Source: Patescibacteria group bacterium (lineage in GTDB: Bacteria; Patescibacteriota; Patescibacteriia; UBA2591; JAQUPP01). From it: 64,000 nucleotides of DNA. The notes under the pieces are model-generated. The model was not told the DNA's origin. It ran no database searches and saw nothing but the letters and a program-made list of their open reading frames with translations. The translations under genes were made by a program, and so were the position numbers. Below are positions 28,900-37,680 of this stretch, piece after piece. The stretch covers positions 19,249 through 83,248 of the forward strand of contig JAQUOF010000002.1 of NCBI GenBank assembly GCA_028717225.1. Direction: 5' to 3'. Position 1 is the first letter of the stretch, and each line of letters begins with the position of its first letter.

Positions 28900-28975
28900 A
28901 GATTAGCTTATTAGGAATTAGCTTTTTAGCTTCTTAGAAATTAATTTGTAACTTCCTATCTTAAAAAGCTGAACT
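28900..28975. repeat. Intergenic repeat family 1, short form (AAGCT-rich: agcttattaggaattagctttttagcttcttag...)
   Basis: Directly abuts the mutM start codon. It is homologous to the ends of the 30286-30483 and 55166-55340 elements. Confidence 0.55.
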
Positions 28976-29050
28976 TGGTGGGCGCACTAGGAATCGAACC
29001 TAGGGTCTTCGCAATGTGAATGCGACGTTTTACCATTAAACTATGCGCCC
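28976..29050 (-). tRNA. tRNA-Val (anticodon CAC), 75 nt including the encoded CCA
   Basis: Acceptor GGGCGCA/TGCGCCC, D-stem GTTT/AAAC, anticodon stem TCGCA/TGCGA with loop TTCACAT, T-arm CTAGG-TTCGATT-CCTAG, and a 3' ACCA. Confidence 0.85.
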
Positions 29051-29067
29051 GATTCAGATAAAATCCC

Positions 29068-30285
29068 CTAGAATGAACCCGCCAATTTATACATTGGCAA
29101 TATAATAGCCGCCATCATTCCGCCAACCACTACGCCCAAGAAAATAATAATAATCGGTTCAAGAAGAGTAACCAATCTTGATAAAATATTTTCAACTTCA
29201 CGGGAATAAAAATCAGCCAATCTTCCCAAAACTTCATCCAATTTGCCGGTTTCTTCGCCCACTGACAATAGATGGGAAACCATTTTGGGAACATAACTGG
29301 ATTTAATAAGAGTAGAGCTGACAGATCTACCTTCTTCCACGTCTTTAATTGTTTGAAAAATCAAATCTTTAAAAATACTATTTTCCACCACTTCGGCTAC
29401 TATTTTAAGAGCTGAAGTCAAAGGTATTCCGCCGACAAGCAGCGTGCCTAAAGAACGGGTAAAACGAACGATATATAAATTTTGGAAAAGCAAACCGAAA
29501 ACAGGAGCTTTTAAAATTAATTTGTCCCAAATTTTTTTTCCTTCCGAAGTTTTTAAAAAAAATCTTAAAAATATAACCAGAGCAATAATCAATGGAATTA
29601 AAAAAATCACGTAATGCTGCAAAAAATTACTGGTATTTATCAAAAACTGCGTAGACATCGGCAATTGCGCACCTGATTCTTTTAAAACGCTGGTTAACTG
29701 AGGAATAACAAACAGCATCATCAGAATCATCACGCTGATTACCATTATAATAACAAAGAGCGGATAGATCATCGCTCCTTTTATTTTATTGCTTAAATCA
29801 AAACTTTTTTCTTGCTCGTTGGCCAAATAATTCAAGACTTCGTCCAACCGGCCGGCTGTTTCACCGGCTCTGACCATATTGATATAAAAATCATTAAAAA
29901 CCTTGGGATACTTGGCTAAAGCGGAAGAAAATCTGATTCCCCCTCTCACGTCTTCGGCAATTGCCCCGACGACACCCTTTAAATATGTATCATTGGTTTG
30001 TTTAACTAAAATTTCCAGACATTTTACCAAAGGCAAACCGGCGGAAACCATGGTTGAAAGCTGGCGAGATAAAAAAACCAAATCTTTCGGTTTAACACCG
30101 CTGAATAAATTTATTTTAAAATTAATAGGACGGCGCAATATAGATTTTGTACCGCCCTCAACAAGAGATAAAATAATAAGATCGCGGGAAGTTAAAACTT
30201 CCATCGCCGCCTCTTGATTTAAAGCATCAACAATTCCTTTAACTGTTTCGCCTTTTAAATTTTTAGCTTTATATTCGAATAACAT
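29068..30285 (-). CDS. pilC: Type IV pilus assembly platform protein PilC (GspF family)
   Basis: 405 aa with two GspF-type repeats and three TM segments. It is the last gene of the pil cluster. Confidence 0.8.
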   Translation of the reverse strand: MLFEYKAKNLKGETVKGIVDALNQEAAMEVLTSRDLIILSLVEGGTKSILRRPINFKINLFSGVKPKDLVFLSRQLSTMVSAGLPLVKCLEILVKQTNDTYLKGVVGAIAEDVRGGIRFSSALAKYPKVFNDFYINMVRAGETAGRLDEVLNYLANEQEKSFDLSNKIKGAMIYPLFVIIMVISVMILMMLFVIPQLTSVLKESGAQLPMSTQFLINTSNFLQHYVIFLIPLIIALVIFLRFFLKTSEGKKIWDKLILKAPVFGLLFQNLYIVRFTRSLGTLLVGGIPLTSALKIVAEVVENSIFKDLIFQTIKDVEEGRSVSSTLIKSSYVPKMVSHLLSVGEETGKLDEVLGRLADFYSREVENILSRLVTLLEPIIIIFLGVVVGGMMAAIILPMYKLAGSF

Positions 30286-30483
30286 AAAATTAGCTTTTTA
30301 GGAATTACCTGCCCGCCATATGCCTAATGTCATATTTAGGTTTAATAAATGAAATTATAAAATTAATCTATGTTCTAAATTAATTAATTCAGACAGGCTT
30401 TGGCAGGCGGGGCTTTTTAGCTTATTAGACAACGCTTCTTAGTCCCTAAAAAGCTAAGAAGCTACAAGCTAAAAAGCTGTTTT
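30286..30483. repeat. Intergenic repeat family 1, full form (~198 bp). It fills the whole gap between pilT and pilC.
   Basis: It is ~92% identical to 55166-55340. It consists of AAGCT-rich flanks plus a ~115-bp insert (cctgcccgccatatgcc...gacaggctttggcaggcgggg) that is absent from the short copies. Confidence 0.8.
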
Positions 30484-31560
30484 TTACCTTCTTAATAACG
30501 ATTTTAACATTTCTTCGTCAACGCAATTTTTAATCGCATCTTCAAGTGAGATTTTACTGGAAGTCACCAAATCGGCCAAATATCTGTCCATGGAAACTGA
30601 TTTTGTATCTTCGCCTGTTTGTAAAAAGGTTGATAATTGATGAAGCTTGCCTTCGGCAATAATAGTTCTAATACTGGGCGGAGCAGATAAAACCTCAAGG
30701 GCTCTTACTCTCCCACCGCCAATTTTAGGCACAAGTCTGGTAGCGATAATACCGGCTAAATTTTCACTGAGAAAATATCTGATATTTTCTTCTTCGCTGG
30801 TTGGGAAAAAATGAAGTATTCTTTTGATCGTCTGAATGGATGAGCCCGTGTCCATAATGGCAAATATTAAAGTACCGGCTTCAGCTAAAGCAAAAAGTTC
30901 TTCCATTGTTTCGGCATTTTTAATTTGTGAAATCATCACCACGTCAACGTGACCCCTCTCTCTGATGAAATTTAATCCTTCTTTAAAAGATAAAACATCT
31001 CGACCAACTTCTCTCTGTTCAATTATACTTTTAACACCGGTTAAATTATACTTAATCGGTTTTTCCAAAGTGGCGATATATTTATTTTGATTTTTATTAA
31101 TATTGTCAATCAATGAAGTCACCAAGCTGAACCTTCCCGAATCGTGAGGACCGGCGACAAAAACAATTCCCTTTGATAAATTGGTAAAATCTTGAACCAT
31201 TTTAGGCAGTTCAATTTTTTCCTGATCGAGAGCTTCTTGAGACAACAATTTTAAACAAATCGCCGGAGTGTTTTTTTGGTAATAAACATGAATCTGAACC
31301 GACCCGAGTTTCCCGATTTCCTTAACGGTTATAATCTGCTTTTTTTCTTGAAGCTCGCTTTGTTCTTTATTGTCCAGAACAGCGGAAATAACATCACTGA
31401 TAAAAGAAGCGGCTAAAATATTTTCGCCGCTCAGCGGCTGTATTTTTCCGTCAAGATTGATAAAGGGAATTTGCGCGTTAATTAAATAAATTTCCGAAAC
31501 CTTTTTTTCGGCTGCGGAAACGCAAATGCGATTTAAAATCATTTCTGTTTGAGTATACAT
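30484..31560 (-). CDS. PilT-family protein with degenerate ATPase motifs (putative pseudo-ATPase)
   Basis: It aligns with PilT throughout (IGGGRVRALEVL, AEGKLHQL). But the Walker A is GPHDSGRFS (canonical GPTGSGKST), the Asp box is TLEKPIKY (TIEDPIEF), the Walker B is VVMISQIKN (ILVGEMRD), and the His box is IMDTG (TLHTT). Confidence 0.75.
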   Translation of the reverse strand: MYTQTEMILNRICVSAAEKKVSEIYLINAQIPFINLDGKIQPLSGENILAASFISDVISAVLDNKEQSELQEKKQIITVKEIGKLGSVQIHVYYQKNTPAICLKLLSQEALDQEKIELPKMVQDFTNLSKGIVFVAGPHDSGRFSLVTSLIDNINKNQNKYIATLEKPIKYNLTGVKSIIEQREVGRDVLSFKEGLNFIRERGHVDVVMISQIKNAETMEELFALAEAGTLIFAIMDTGSSIQTIKRILHFFPTSEEENIRYFLSENLAGIIATRLVPKIGGGRVRALEVLSAPPSIRTIIAEGKLHQLSTFLQTGEDTKSVSMDRYLADLVTSSKISLEDAIKNCVDEEMLKSLLRR

Positions 31561-31611
31561 ACCAAATTTTTTAAAATTTTTAAATTATTTATAATGCGAA
31601 AAATTTTACTA

Positions 31612-31721
31612 AAAATTTGAGTACCCTGTTAAATGCCGCTTTACGGCAATTTCGCCTTTGGCGAAATTATTTAACAGGGTAAAGGTTTTGTAACTCCGAC
31701 TTAACGTCCGGAGACAAAACT
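31612..31721. repeat. Structured intergenic repeat, family 2 copy B (between pilB and pilT)
   Basis: aatttgagtacc-[ctgttaaat...atttaacag palindrome]-ggtaaaggttttgt, followed by the conserved hairpin aactccgacttaacgtccggagacaaaac. Confidence 0.65.
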
Positions 31722-31723
31722 CT

Positions 31724-33469
31724 TTATTCCCTGGCCACTCTTAAAACTTCCTCAATTGTAGTCTCCCCTTTTAAAGTTTTAATATAACCGTCTTGGATCA
31801 TACTGATCATTTTTTGTCTTTTAAATTCAGCTTTTACGTCGTCAATTTTACAGCCCCTGACAATAATATCTTTCATCTGATCAGTGATTTCTAATGCTTC
31901 AAAAATGGCAATTCTGCCTTTATAACCTTCTTGGCCGCATCGCGTACAACCCTTGCTGTGATAGATAGTAAGATGTCCGGTTTTTTTATCTCTGAATTTT
32001 TCCACATCTATGTCTTCTACATCCTTTAGGGCATTTTCAATATCTTTTTCCACTCCGGCCGGCGGGATAATTGGCTCGGCGCAATATGGGCACATTTTCC
32101 TGACCAATCGCTGAGCTAACACTATATTTAAAGAAGAGGCAACCAAAAATGGTTCTATTTTCATATCAATCAAACGAGGTATGGCGCCGATAGCGTCATT
32201 GGTATGCAAGGTGGAAAGCACAATATGACCGGTTAAAGCGGCGTGGGTGGCTAATTCTGCAGTTTCGTTGTCGCGGACCTCGCCGACCATAATAACATTC
32301 GGGTCTTGTCTGACCACTGAACGAAGACCGGTAGCAAAAGTATAACCTATGTCAGGTTGAATTTGACTTTGATTAACTCCTTTTAAAACGTATTCAACCG
32401 GATCTTCCAAAGTAACCACATTAACTCCGGGCTGATTTAAAACTTTTAAAATAGCATAAAGAGTGGTGGTTTTACCTGAACCGGTTGGACCGGTGGCTAA
32501 AACCATTCCATGAGGCCTGAGTAAATTTTTATTGATTATCTCCAGTTCTCTTCCCCAAAAACCAAGATCTTGCAAATCAAATATTTTTTTGGTGGGGTCT
32601 AAAATTCTGATAACGGTTTTTTCTTGTCCCAATAATGGCAAGATTGATACTCTTAAATCTATTTGACGTTTTGAAACTATGACTCTGATACGGCCGTCTT
32701 GGGGAATACGCGTTTCATCCAATTTTAAATTCGCCATTACTTTAACGCGGGAAATAATTGCTGAATGAAGATGCCCCGGTAACAACGCCACTTCCCTTAA
32801 AACGCCGTCAATTCTGTAACGAATCCTGGTTTGATCTCCCAGCGGCTCAATATGAACATCAGACGCGTCATTATCAACAGCGTATTTTAAAATAGAAGCC
32901 ACAAGTTTGGCAATTGGAGCCATTTTGGAAATTTCTTCAAGTCCTATATCGGCAATGGATTTTCCGGCTTTAATAATCGGGGCGAAACGATCTTCGGCTG
33001 CGCCAACTGCTTCTTCCACTTCAACGGTTAGTCCGCCATATTGGGTTAGAATACTTTTAAAACCCGAAATAGTGATAGTATAATATTCAACTTTTAAATT
33101 TTTTTGACGGGAAATAAATTCAATCGCTTCTCTGCCTTTAAAATCACCCGGATCAAGCATGGCTACTTTCAATATATCGCCTTCTTTGGCAAAAGATACG
33201 ACATGATAATTTTCAGCCGTTTCTTTAGGTAAAATTTCCAAAATTTTTCGATCAATAATCAAGCCATATAAATTGGCAACGGGTACGGCGAAAATCTGCC
33301 CTTTTGCCCAAGCTATATCTTCTTCAGAAATAACTTTTTTATGTTCAAGAAGCGTATCGGGCGCACTTTGCGTTTTTTCCGCTTCGGCTAAAAGTTCATT
33401 ATAATAATCTTTGGTTAATTTTCCATGTTCCAAAAGATATTTGACAATTGTATTTTGACCATCAAGCAT
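31724..33469 (-). CDS. pilB: Type IV pilus assembly ATPase PilB (GspE family)
   Basis: Intact Walker A LATGPTGSGKTTT, Walker B IMVGEVRD and His box STLHTN. C-terminal tetra-Cys zinc motif (CPYC...CTRC). Confidence 0.9.
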   Translation of the reverse strand: MLDGQNTIVKYLLEHGKLTKDYYNELLAEAEKTQSAPDTLLEHKKVISEEDIAWAKGQIFAVPVANLYGLIIDRKILEILPKETAENYHVVSFAKEGDILKVAMLDPGDFKGREAIEFISRQKNLKVEYYTITISGFKSILTQYGGLTVEVEEAVGAAEDRFAPIIKAGKSIADIGLEEISKMAPIAKLVASILKYAVDNDASDVHIEPLGDQTRIRYRIDGVLREVALLPGHLHSAIISRVKVMANLKLDETRIPQDGRIRVIVSKRQIDLRVSILPLLGQEKTVIRILDPTKKIFDLQDLGFWGRELEIINKNLLRPHGMVLATGPTGSGKTTTLYAILKVLNQPGVNVVTLEDPVEYVLKGVNQSQIQPDIGYTFATGLRSVVRQDPNVIMVGEVRDNETAELATHAALTGHIVLSTLHTNDAIGAIPRLIDMKIEPFLVASSLNIVLAQRLVRKMCPYCAEPIIPPAGVEKDIENALKDVEDIDVEKFRDKKTGHLTIYHSKGCTRCGQEGYKGRIAIFEALEITDQMKDIIVRGCKIDDVKAEFKRQKMISMIQDGYIKTLKGETTIEEVLRVARE

Positions 33470-33509
33470 ACCGGGTAGTAAAATTTTAATATTAAAATTA
33501 CAATAAATA

Positions 33510-33818
33510 TTACGGCTGTTTTACTTCTTTTTTGGGAAAAGGCATAAAGGGATTAACCTTACCCTTCTCGGATACTTTAACCGGTTCAAAAAACGTCTGA
33601 ATATTGCGCATTTCTTTAAATTTTGGATTTTCTAAAATATTTTCAATTTTATCAACCGAGGGAATAGAAACTGATAAATATGACGGACTATTACTGACTG
33701 GGATGTTTGGAGAAATTTTCGGATTTTTAATGTATTTTATTAAAATAAAACCTATGGCTAAAATAATCAGCGCTAAGAATATAATTAATCCGATCATTTT
33801 TTTATTAATATTCGGCAT
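33510..33818 (-). CDS. Small membrane-anchored protein in the pil cluster (102 aa), possibly a PilP-like accessory
   Basis: N-terminal TM (IGLIIFLALIILAIGFILI). It sits between pilB and pilO. Confidence 0.35.
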   Translation of the reverse strand: MPNINKKMIGLIIFLALIILAIGFILIKYIKNPKISPNIPVSNSPSYLSVSIPSVDKIENILENPKFKEMRNIQTFFEPVKVSEKGKVNPFMPFPKKEVKQP

Positions 33819-33827
33819 TGTTTTAAA

Positions 33828-34388
33828 TTAATCGTTTAAAGAATAAGTTTTTATAGTTACGGTCAATGAAGTTCCAATATTTTTTAAGGCAATCTGAGAC
33901 ACATCCATAATTCTGCTGTTTTTTTCCAAATAATCCAAAAATTCTTTGCATGCCTGATAAGTGCCTTTGTCAAAATTTAAGTTTATGGTAGTAACTCCTT
34001 TATCGGAATTAACGCTAAACCCCACAAACTCCATTCCTGCCTGTCTGGAAATAATATCAATCTGATTTAAAATGCTCGGCAAGTCTGATTTTTCGGCAAT
34101 CGTATAATCCAATTTTTCTAAACTGTCTGGACTGATTTTTTTTGTCCGAACCTCCAGTGTTTCCAATTTATTCAAATATGCCTCTTGATCTTTAACAATT
34201 GTTTTATAATTTTCAACATCAAATTGTCCCCCCCCTGTTGTTTGATTAACTTTTGGTTTTATAATAAAAAAATATTCAGCGGAAAAAGCAGCAATAATAA
34301 TAAAAACAATCAGTGTCCAACAAAATTTAACCAAAATAATATGGTACCACTTAATGTCAAATTTTTTTTCTTCTATAATCTTTGCCAT
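33828..34388 (-). CDS. pilO: PilO-like type IV pilus assembly protein
   Basis: 186 aa with an N-terminal TM followed by a coiled-coil region. Gene order is pilM, pilN, pilO. Confidence 0.5.
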   Translation of the reverse strand: MAKIIEEKKFDIKWYHIILVKFCWTLIVFIIIAAFSAEYFFIIKPKVNQTTGGGQFDVENYKTIVKDQEAYLNKLETLEVRTKKISPDSLEKLDYTIAEKSDLPSILNQIDIISRQAGMEFVGFSVNSDKGVTTINLNFDKGTYQACKEFLDYLEKNSRIMDVSQIALKNIGTSLTVTIKTYSLND

Positions 34389-34404
34389 ATACCAAAATTG
34401 TTGA

Positions 34405-34571
34405 AATTTATGAGTTACTATTGTGACGAAATAAATTTCATCACAATTTTGAGTACCCGCCCAAGTTTTTGGGCACTTATTTTTCTTTATTTTCTTAAAA
34501 TTTTTTAATAGTCCAAAAATCTGGGCGGGTAATGATTTTGTAGCTCCGACTTAACGTCCGGAGACAAAATT
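34405..34571. repeat. Structured intergenic repeat, family 2 copy C (between pilN and pilO)
   Basis: aattttgagtaccc-[cccgcccaag...cttgggcggg long-range palindrome]-ggtaatgattttgt, followed by the same ctccgacttaacgtccggag hairpin as copy B. Confidence 0.65.
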
Positions 34572-34573
34572 CA

Positions 34574-35497
34574 TTACTGTTTAAATACTCCGTCAACCAA
34601 AGTTAAATCAATAGAAAAAGTAATAGCTCCCAGCGGAGACCTGGTGATATTCGCAACTTGGACATTTTTAACAAAATCAGGAGCATTATTAAAAACAATG
34701 ATTTGTTTAGCCACTGAAATTAAATCTTTAGCCGTTGCCGATAAATGAACCGTCCCGCTTGTATCAGCGGAAAAATCACCAAAATAAACGTCCGGAATAG
34801 TATAAATTTCCAACAAACTGAAAAATCTGGTCCAGTAAACATGATTAGCTAAAATTTCTTCCACTCTCATGGCCTTTTTTTCCAAAGCCGCGACATCATT
34901 TCTAACTTTTAACAATGGATAAGTTTGGGCCTCTAAAATTTGCGAATCAATTTTAAGTTGATCTCTCTCAACTCTTAACTGTTCAAAATGCCAATTTGTA
35001 TATAATAAAACAATAAAAAAAACCGTGATAACGACAATTATTGTCGCGGAAAGAATCAGCATTTTTTCCTTCACGATTCTTGGAATAATCATTTCTTGCC
35101 CGGGCATTAAAGTAATTTCCGGAGTTTGCGAAACTTCTGTTAAAATTTTTGTCTCTCGCGGTTTATCGGCCGCAGAGCGAATGATTTCCGGTTTTTTCTC
35201 AGGTTCTTTTTTGGGTTCTTCTTGAGTAAGAAGCTCCGCTAATTCTGACATTTTTTCTTTTTTATCATTTTGATAAATTTCCGGTTCAACTATTTTCAAA
35301 TTAGAAATTGGCGATTCTTTCGGCGCTGTCGATTGTTTTTTAAAATTGAACCAACCGATTTTTGGTTCGGCAGTTTTCAATGGAACCGAATTTTTTTCTT
35401 TAATCGGCTGAGAAAATTTTATTTCCGCCGGTTCTTCGGTTTTTTTATTTATTTTTTCGTCTTCCCTCATCTCTTCGGGAAGTAAATTGATAGACAT
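34574..35497 (-). CDS. pilN: PilN-like type IV pilus assembly protein with extended charged N-terminal region
   Basis: 307 aa. TM (ILSATIIVVITVFFIVLLY) followed by a coiled coil. It lies immediately downstream of pilM. Confidence 0.5.
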   Translation of the reverse strand: MSINLLPEEMREDEKINKKTEEPAEIKFSQPIKEKNSVPLKTAEPKIGWFNFKKQSTAPKESPISNLKIVEPEIYQNDKKEKMSELAELLTQEEPKKEPEKKPEIIRSAADKPRETKILTEVSQTPEITLMPGQEMIIPRIVKEKMLILSATIIVVITVFFIVLLYTNWHFEQLRVERDQLKIDSQILEAQTYPLLKVRNDVAALEKKAMRVEEILANHVYWTRFFSLLEIYTIPDVYFGDFSADTSGTVHLSATAKDLISVAKQIIVFNNAPDFVKNVQVANITRSPLGAITFSIDLTLVDGVFKQ

Positions 35498-35590
35498 AAT
35501 ATTAGCTTATTAGGAATTAGCTTATTAGCTTCTTAGGAATCAGCTTCTCGCCTAAAAAGCTAAGAAGCTACAAGCTAAGAAGCTGACTTA
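35498..35590. repeat. Intergenic repeat family 1, short form (between pilM and pilN)
   Basis: ttagcttattaggaattagcttattagcttcttagg...cctaaaaagctaagaagctacaagctaagaagctg. It lacks the 115-bp central insert. Confidence 0.6.
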
Positions 35591-36634
35591 TCAGTCAAGT
35601 TGTCTCAGCGCCAAGCCGATGGCTACGGCAAAACGCGGCGCCACTTCTTCAAGGGCGGGTTTTAATTCTTCAGGGTATGCCACTCTCGCCCACGGATCAC
35701 CAATTATTACCGTGGTATTGAGTGTTTGTGAAAAATAATTGGCCAAATTAGGCAGATAGGCCGAACCGCCGGAAAGAATAATTTTTTCCACGGTTTTATT
35801 GGATTGACCCTGATAAAGTTTTAATGAATAAATGACTTCGTCAATCACCGGTTTTAAAATACTTTCTATAATAGCCGGAATTTTAGAAGCGCCGCTTAAT
35901 CCTATATCCCTTTTAAATTGTTCCGCTCTTTTAAAATCAATATTCAAACTGTTGGCAATGGCGCGAGTAATGGTTACTCCCCCGATATCTATGCTTCGAT
36001 TTAGAGTCGGCACTCCTTTTTCAATAATAATAATATCAGTAGTTAAAGCGCTGGTGTCAACAATCATAATGGTGGACTGAGATTTTCCAATTAAAACTCT
36101 TGATAGAGCAAAAGCTTCTGTCTCTAATGAAAGCAATTGTAAATCAGCTTGCTTAAATATTTCAACATACCGCTTAACTAAATTTCTGGAAGCGGCGGTC
36201 AAAAGAATGCGATAATTTTTTCTTTGAGCATCAACTGTGATAGTATCAATAATCCGCCAATCCAAAATCACATCTTCAATGGGCATGGGAATAAATTTTT
36301 TCGCTTCCCAATGAACCGCGTCTCCCAATTCTTGCTTTTTCATTACCGGCAAAGTAATGACTGAATTAAAAACGGAAAAACTTGGTAAAGCGGTTATTGC
36401 TTTAAAAGAAGTTACACCGGCGGTTTTATATGTTTTTTTAAGCAAACTGGCCACTTGCCGCAAAACTTCATTCGGGTCGCCCTTAACAATATCCCCCATT
36501 GCTCGTTCAGCATAACCATAAGTCATCAAGGTTGGAACACCCTGTTCTTTTTTAAGTTCTACCAATTTAATACTGGTAGAACCCAAATCAATTCCTAAAT
36601 AACCTTCTTGTTTTCTAAAACCAAAAAAACTCAT
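35591..36634 (-). CDS. pilM: Type IV pilus assembly protein PilM (actin-like ATPase fold)
   Basis: 347 aa. YLGIDLGSTSIKLVEL at the N-terminus. It is the first gene of the pil operon. Confidence 0.85.
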   Translation of the reverse strand: MSFFGFRKQEGYLGIDLGSTSIKLVELKKEQGVPTLMTYGYAERAMGDIVKGDPNEVLRQVASLLKKTYKTAGVTSFKAITALPSFSVFNSVITLPVMKKQELGDAVHWEAKKFIPMPIEDVILDWRIIDTITVDAQRKNYRILLTAASRNLVKRYVEIFKQADLQLLSLETEAFALSRVLIGKSQSTIMIVDTSALTTDIIIIEKGVPTLNRSIDIGGVTITRAIANSLNIDFKRAEQFKRDIGLSGASKIPAIIESILKPVIDEVIYSLKLYQGQSNKTVEKIILSGGSAYLPNLANYFSQTLNTTVIIGDPWARVAYPEELKPALEEVAPRFAVAIGLALRQLD

Positions 36635-36673
36635 ATAATAATCTTATATTAAGATTGCCAAAATAAATAAATT

Positions 36674-36701
36674 TTGTTAAACTGTTTCATTACTCTATAA
36701 T
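36674..36701 (+). promoter_or_regulatory. Sigma-70-like promoter for comFC: TTGTTA, 16 bp spacer, TATAAT
   Basis: ttgtta at 36674-36679 and tataat at 36696-36701. This is ~38 nt upstream of the comFC ATG, in the divergent pilM/comFC gap. Confidence 0.4.
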
Positions 36702-36739
36702 GCCATTATACTATAAAATACCATTTACGACAATGAAAA

Positions 36740-37465
36740 ATGTGGATAACAAATATCAATAAAATTAAGAATTTTTGCCTTAAATTGTTTTTTCCAATCA
36801 ATTGCCTTGGTTGCGGTCAAGAGAATTATTTTATTTGTCCAAATTGCTTGGAAAATATCCCTATTTTAGACGAATTAACTTGCCCTATTTGCCATAAAAA
36901 AACAATTGACAGAAAGGTTTATTATAAATGCTATTTTAATTTAGACGGCGTTATTATTGCGGTTAATTATAATCAACCGCTGGTCAAAAAAGCCATTCGC
37001 AATTTCAAATACGCGCCCTATTCTTTCCCTCTGGCTAAAAATCTGGCTTTTCTAATCATTAAACGGCTTAGAAAATCACCTGTTTCCATTTCTCATTTTA
37101 TAAAAAATAATTTCGTTTTAATGCCTATTCCAATTACGCGGCGCAAATTGGCTCAGCGGGGCTATAATCAATCATTGTTGCTGGCCAAAGAATTATCAAA
37201 TGAATTCAATTGGCCGATAATGGAAATTTTAACGAAAATTAAAGATACCAAGTCTCAGACCAATCTTAACAAAGAAGAACGGGAAAATAATGTTAAAAAT
37301 ACTTTTGTAATTAATGAAAATTTTACCAAGACCGAAATAAAAGATAAAAACATCATTTTAATTGATGATGTTTTTACGACCGGTGCGACCTTATTTGAAG
37401 CAGCCAGAATTTTGCGCCAATCCGGAGCCAAGGAAGTCTGGGCTATTGTTTTAGCGCATGATTAA
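36740..37465 (+). CDS. comFC: ComF family protein (ComFC; phosphoribosyltransferase domain)
   Basis: N-terminal double CxxC zinc finger. C-terminal PRTase motif IILIDDVFTTGATL. Confidence 0.75.
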   Translation: MWITNINKIKNFCLKLFFPINCLGCGQENYFICPNCLENIPILDELTCPICHKKTIDRKVYYKCYFNLDGVIIAVNYNQPLVKKAIRNFKYAPYSFPLAKNLAFLIIKRLRKSPVSISHFIKNNFVLMPIPITRRKLAQRGYNQSLLLAKELSNEFNWPIMEILTKIKDTKSQTNLNKEERENNVKNTFVINENFTKTEIKDKNIILIDDVFTTGATLFEAARILRQSGAKEVWAIVLAHD

Positions 37466-37649
37466 TGGTCGCTTCGCTCCAATTTTTAATTTCTAATTTC
37501 TAAATCCTAAACAATACCAAAATACAAAACTCCTCTAATTTTTATCTGTGTGGAAAAATCCTCTTGACATTTTTCTGAAAAATGCTATTATAAAACTATC
37601 TAAAAAATACCGGAAAATTTATTGGGGGTGATCTTATGAAAGTTTCAAA

Positions 37650-37680
37650 GCCTCTACACATCGTGTAGAGGCGGTTTTTT
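37650..37680 (+). terminator. Strong intrinsic terminator (gcctctacac-atcg-gtgtagaggc followed by ggttttttatttatt)
   Basis: 9-bp perfect stem plus a T-run. It sits at the convergent comFC/lgt junction. Confidence 0.65.

Noticed and set aside
30286-30483. Family-1 repeats contain short direct repeats (aagctaagaagctacaagctaagaagct) that superficially resemble a CRISPR repeat.
   Set aside because: There is no regular repeat-spacer periodicity, no cas genes, and the units are too short and irregular. The elements are dispersed intergenic repeats.
37636-37668. Interpreting the 10-codon ORF plus terminator as a leader-peptide attenuator.
   Set aside because: There is no downstream gene on the plus strand, because lgt is convergent. 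It is kept only as a possible micropeptide or small RNA, or as the comFC terminator.
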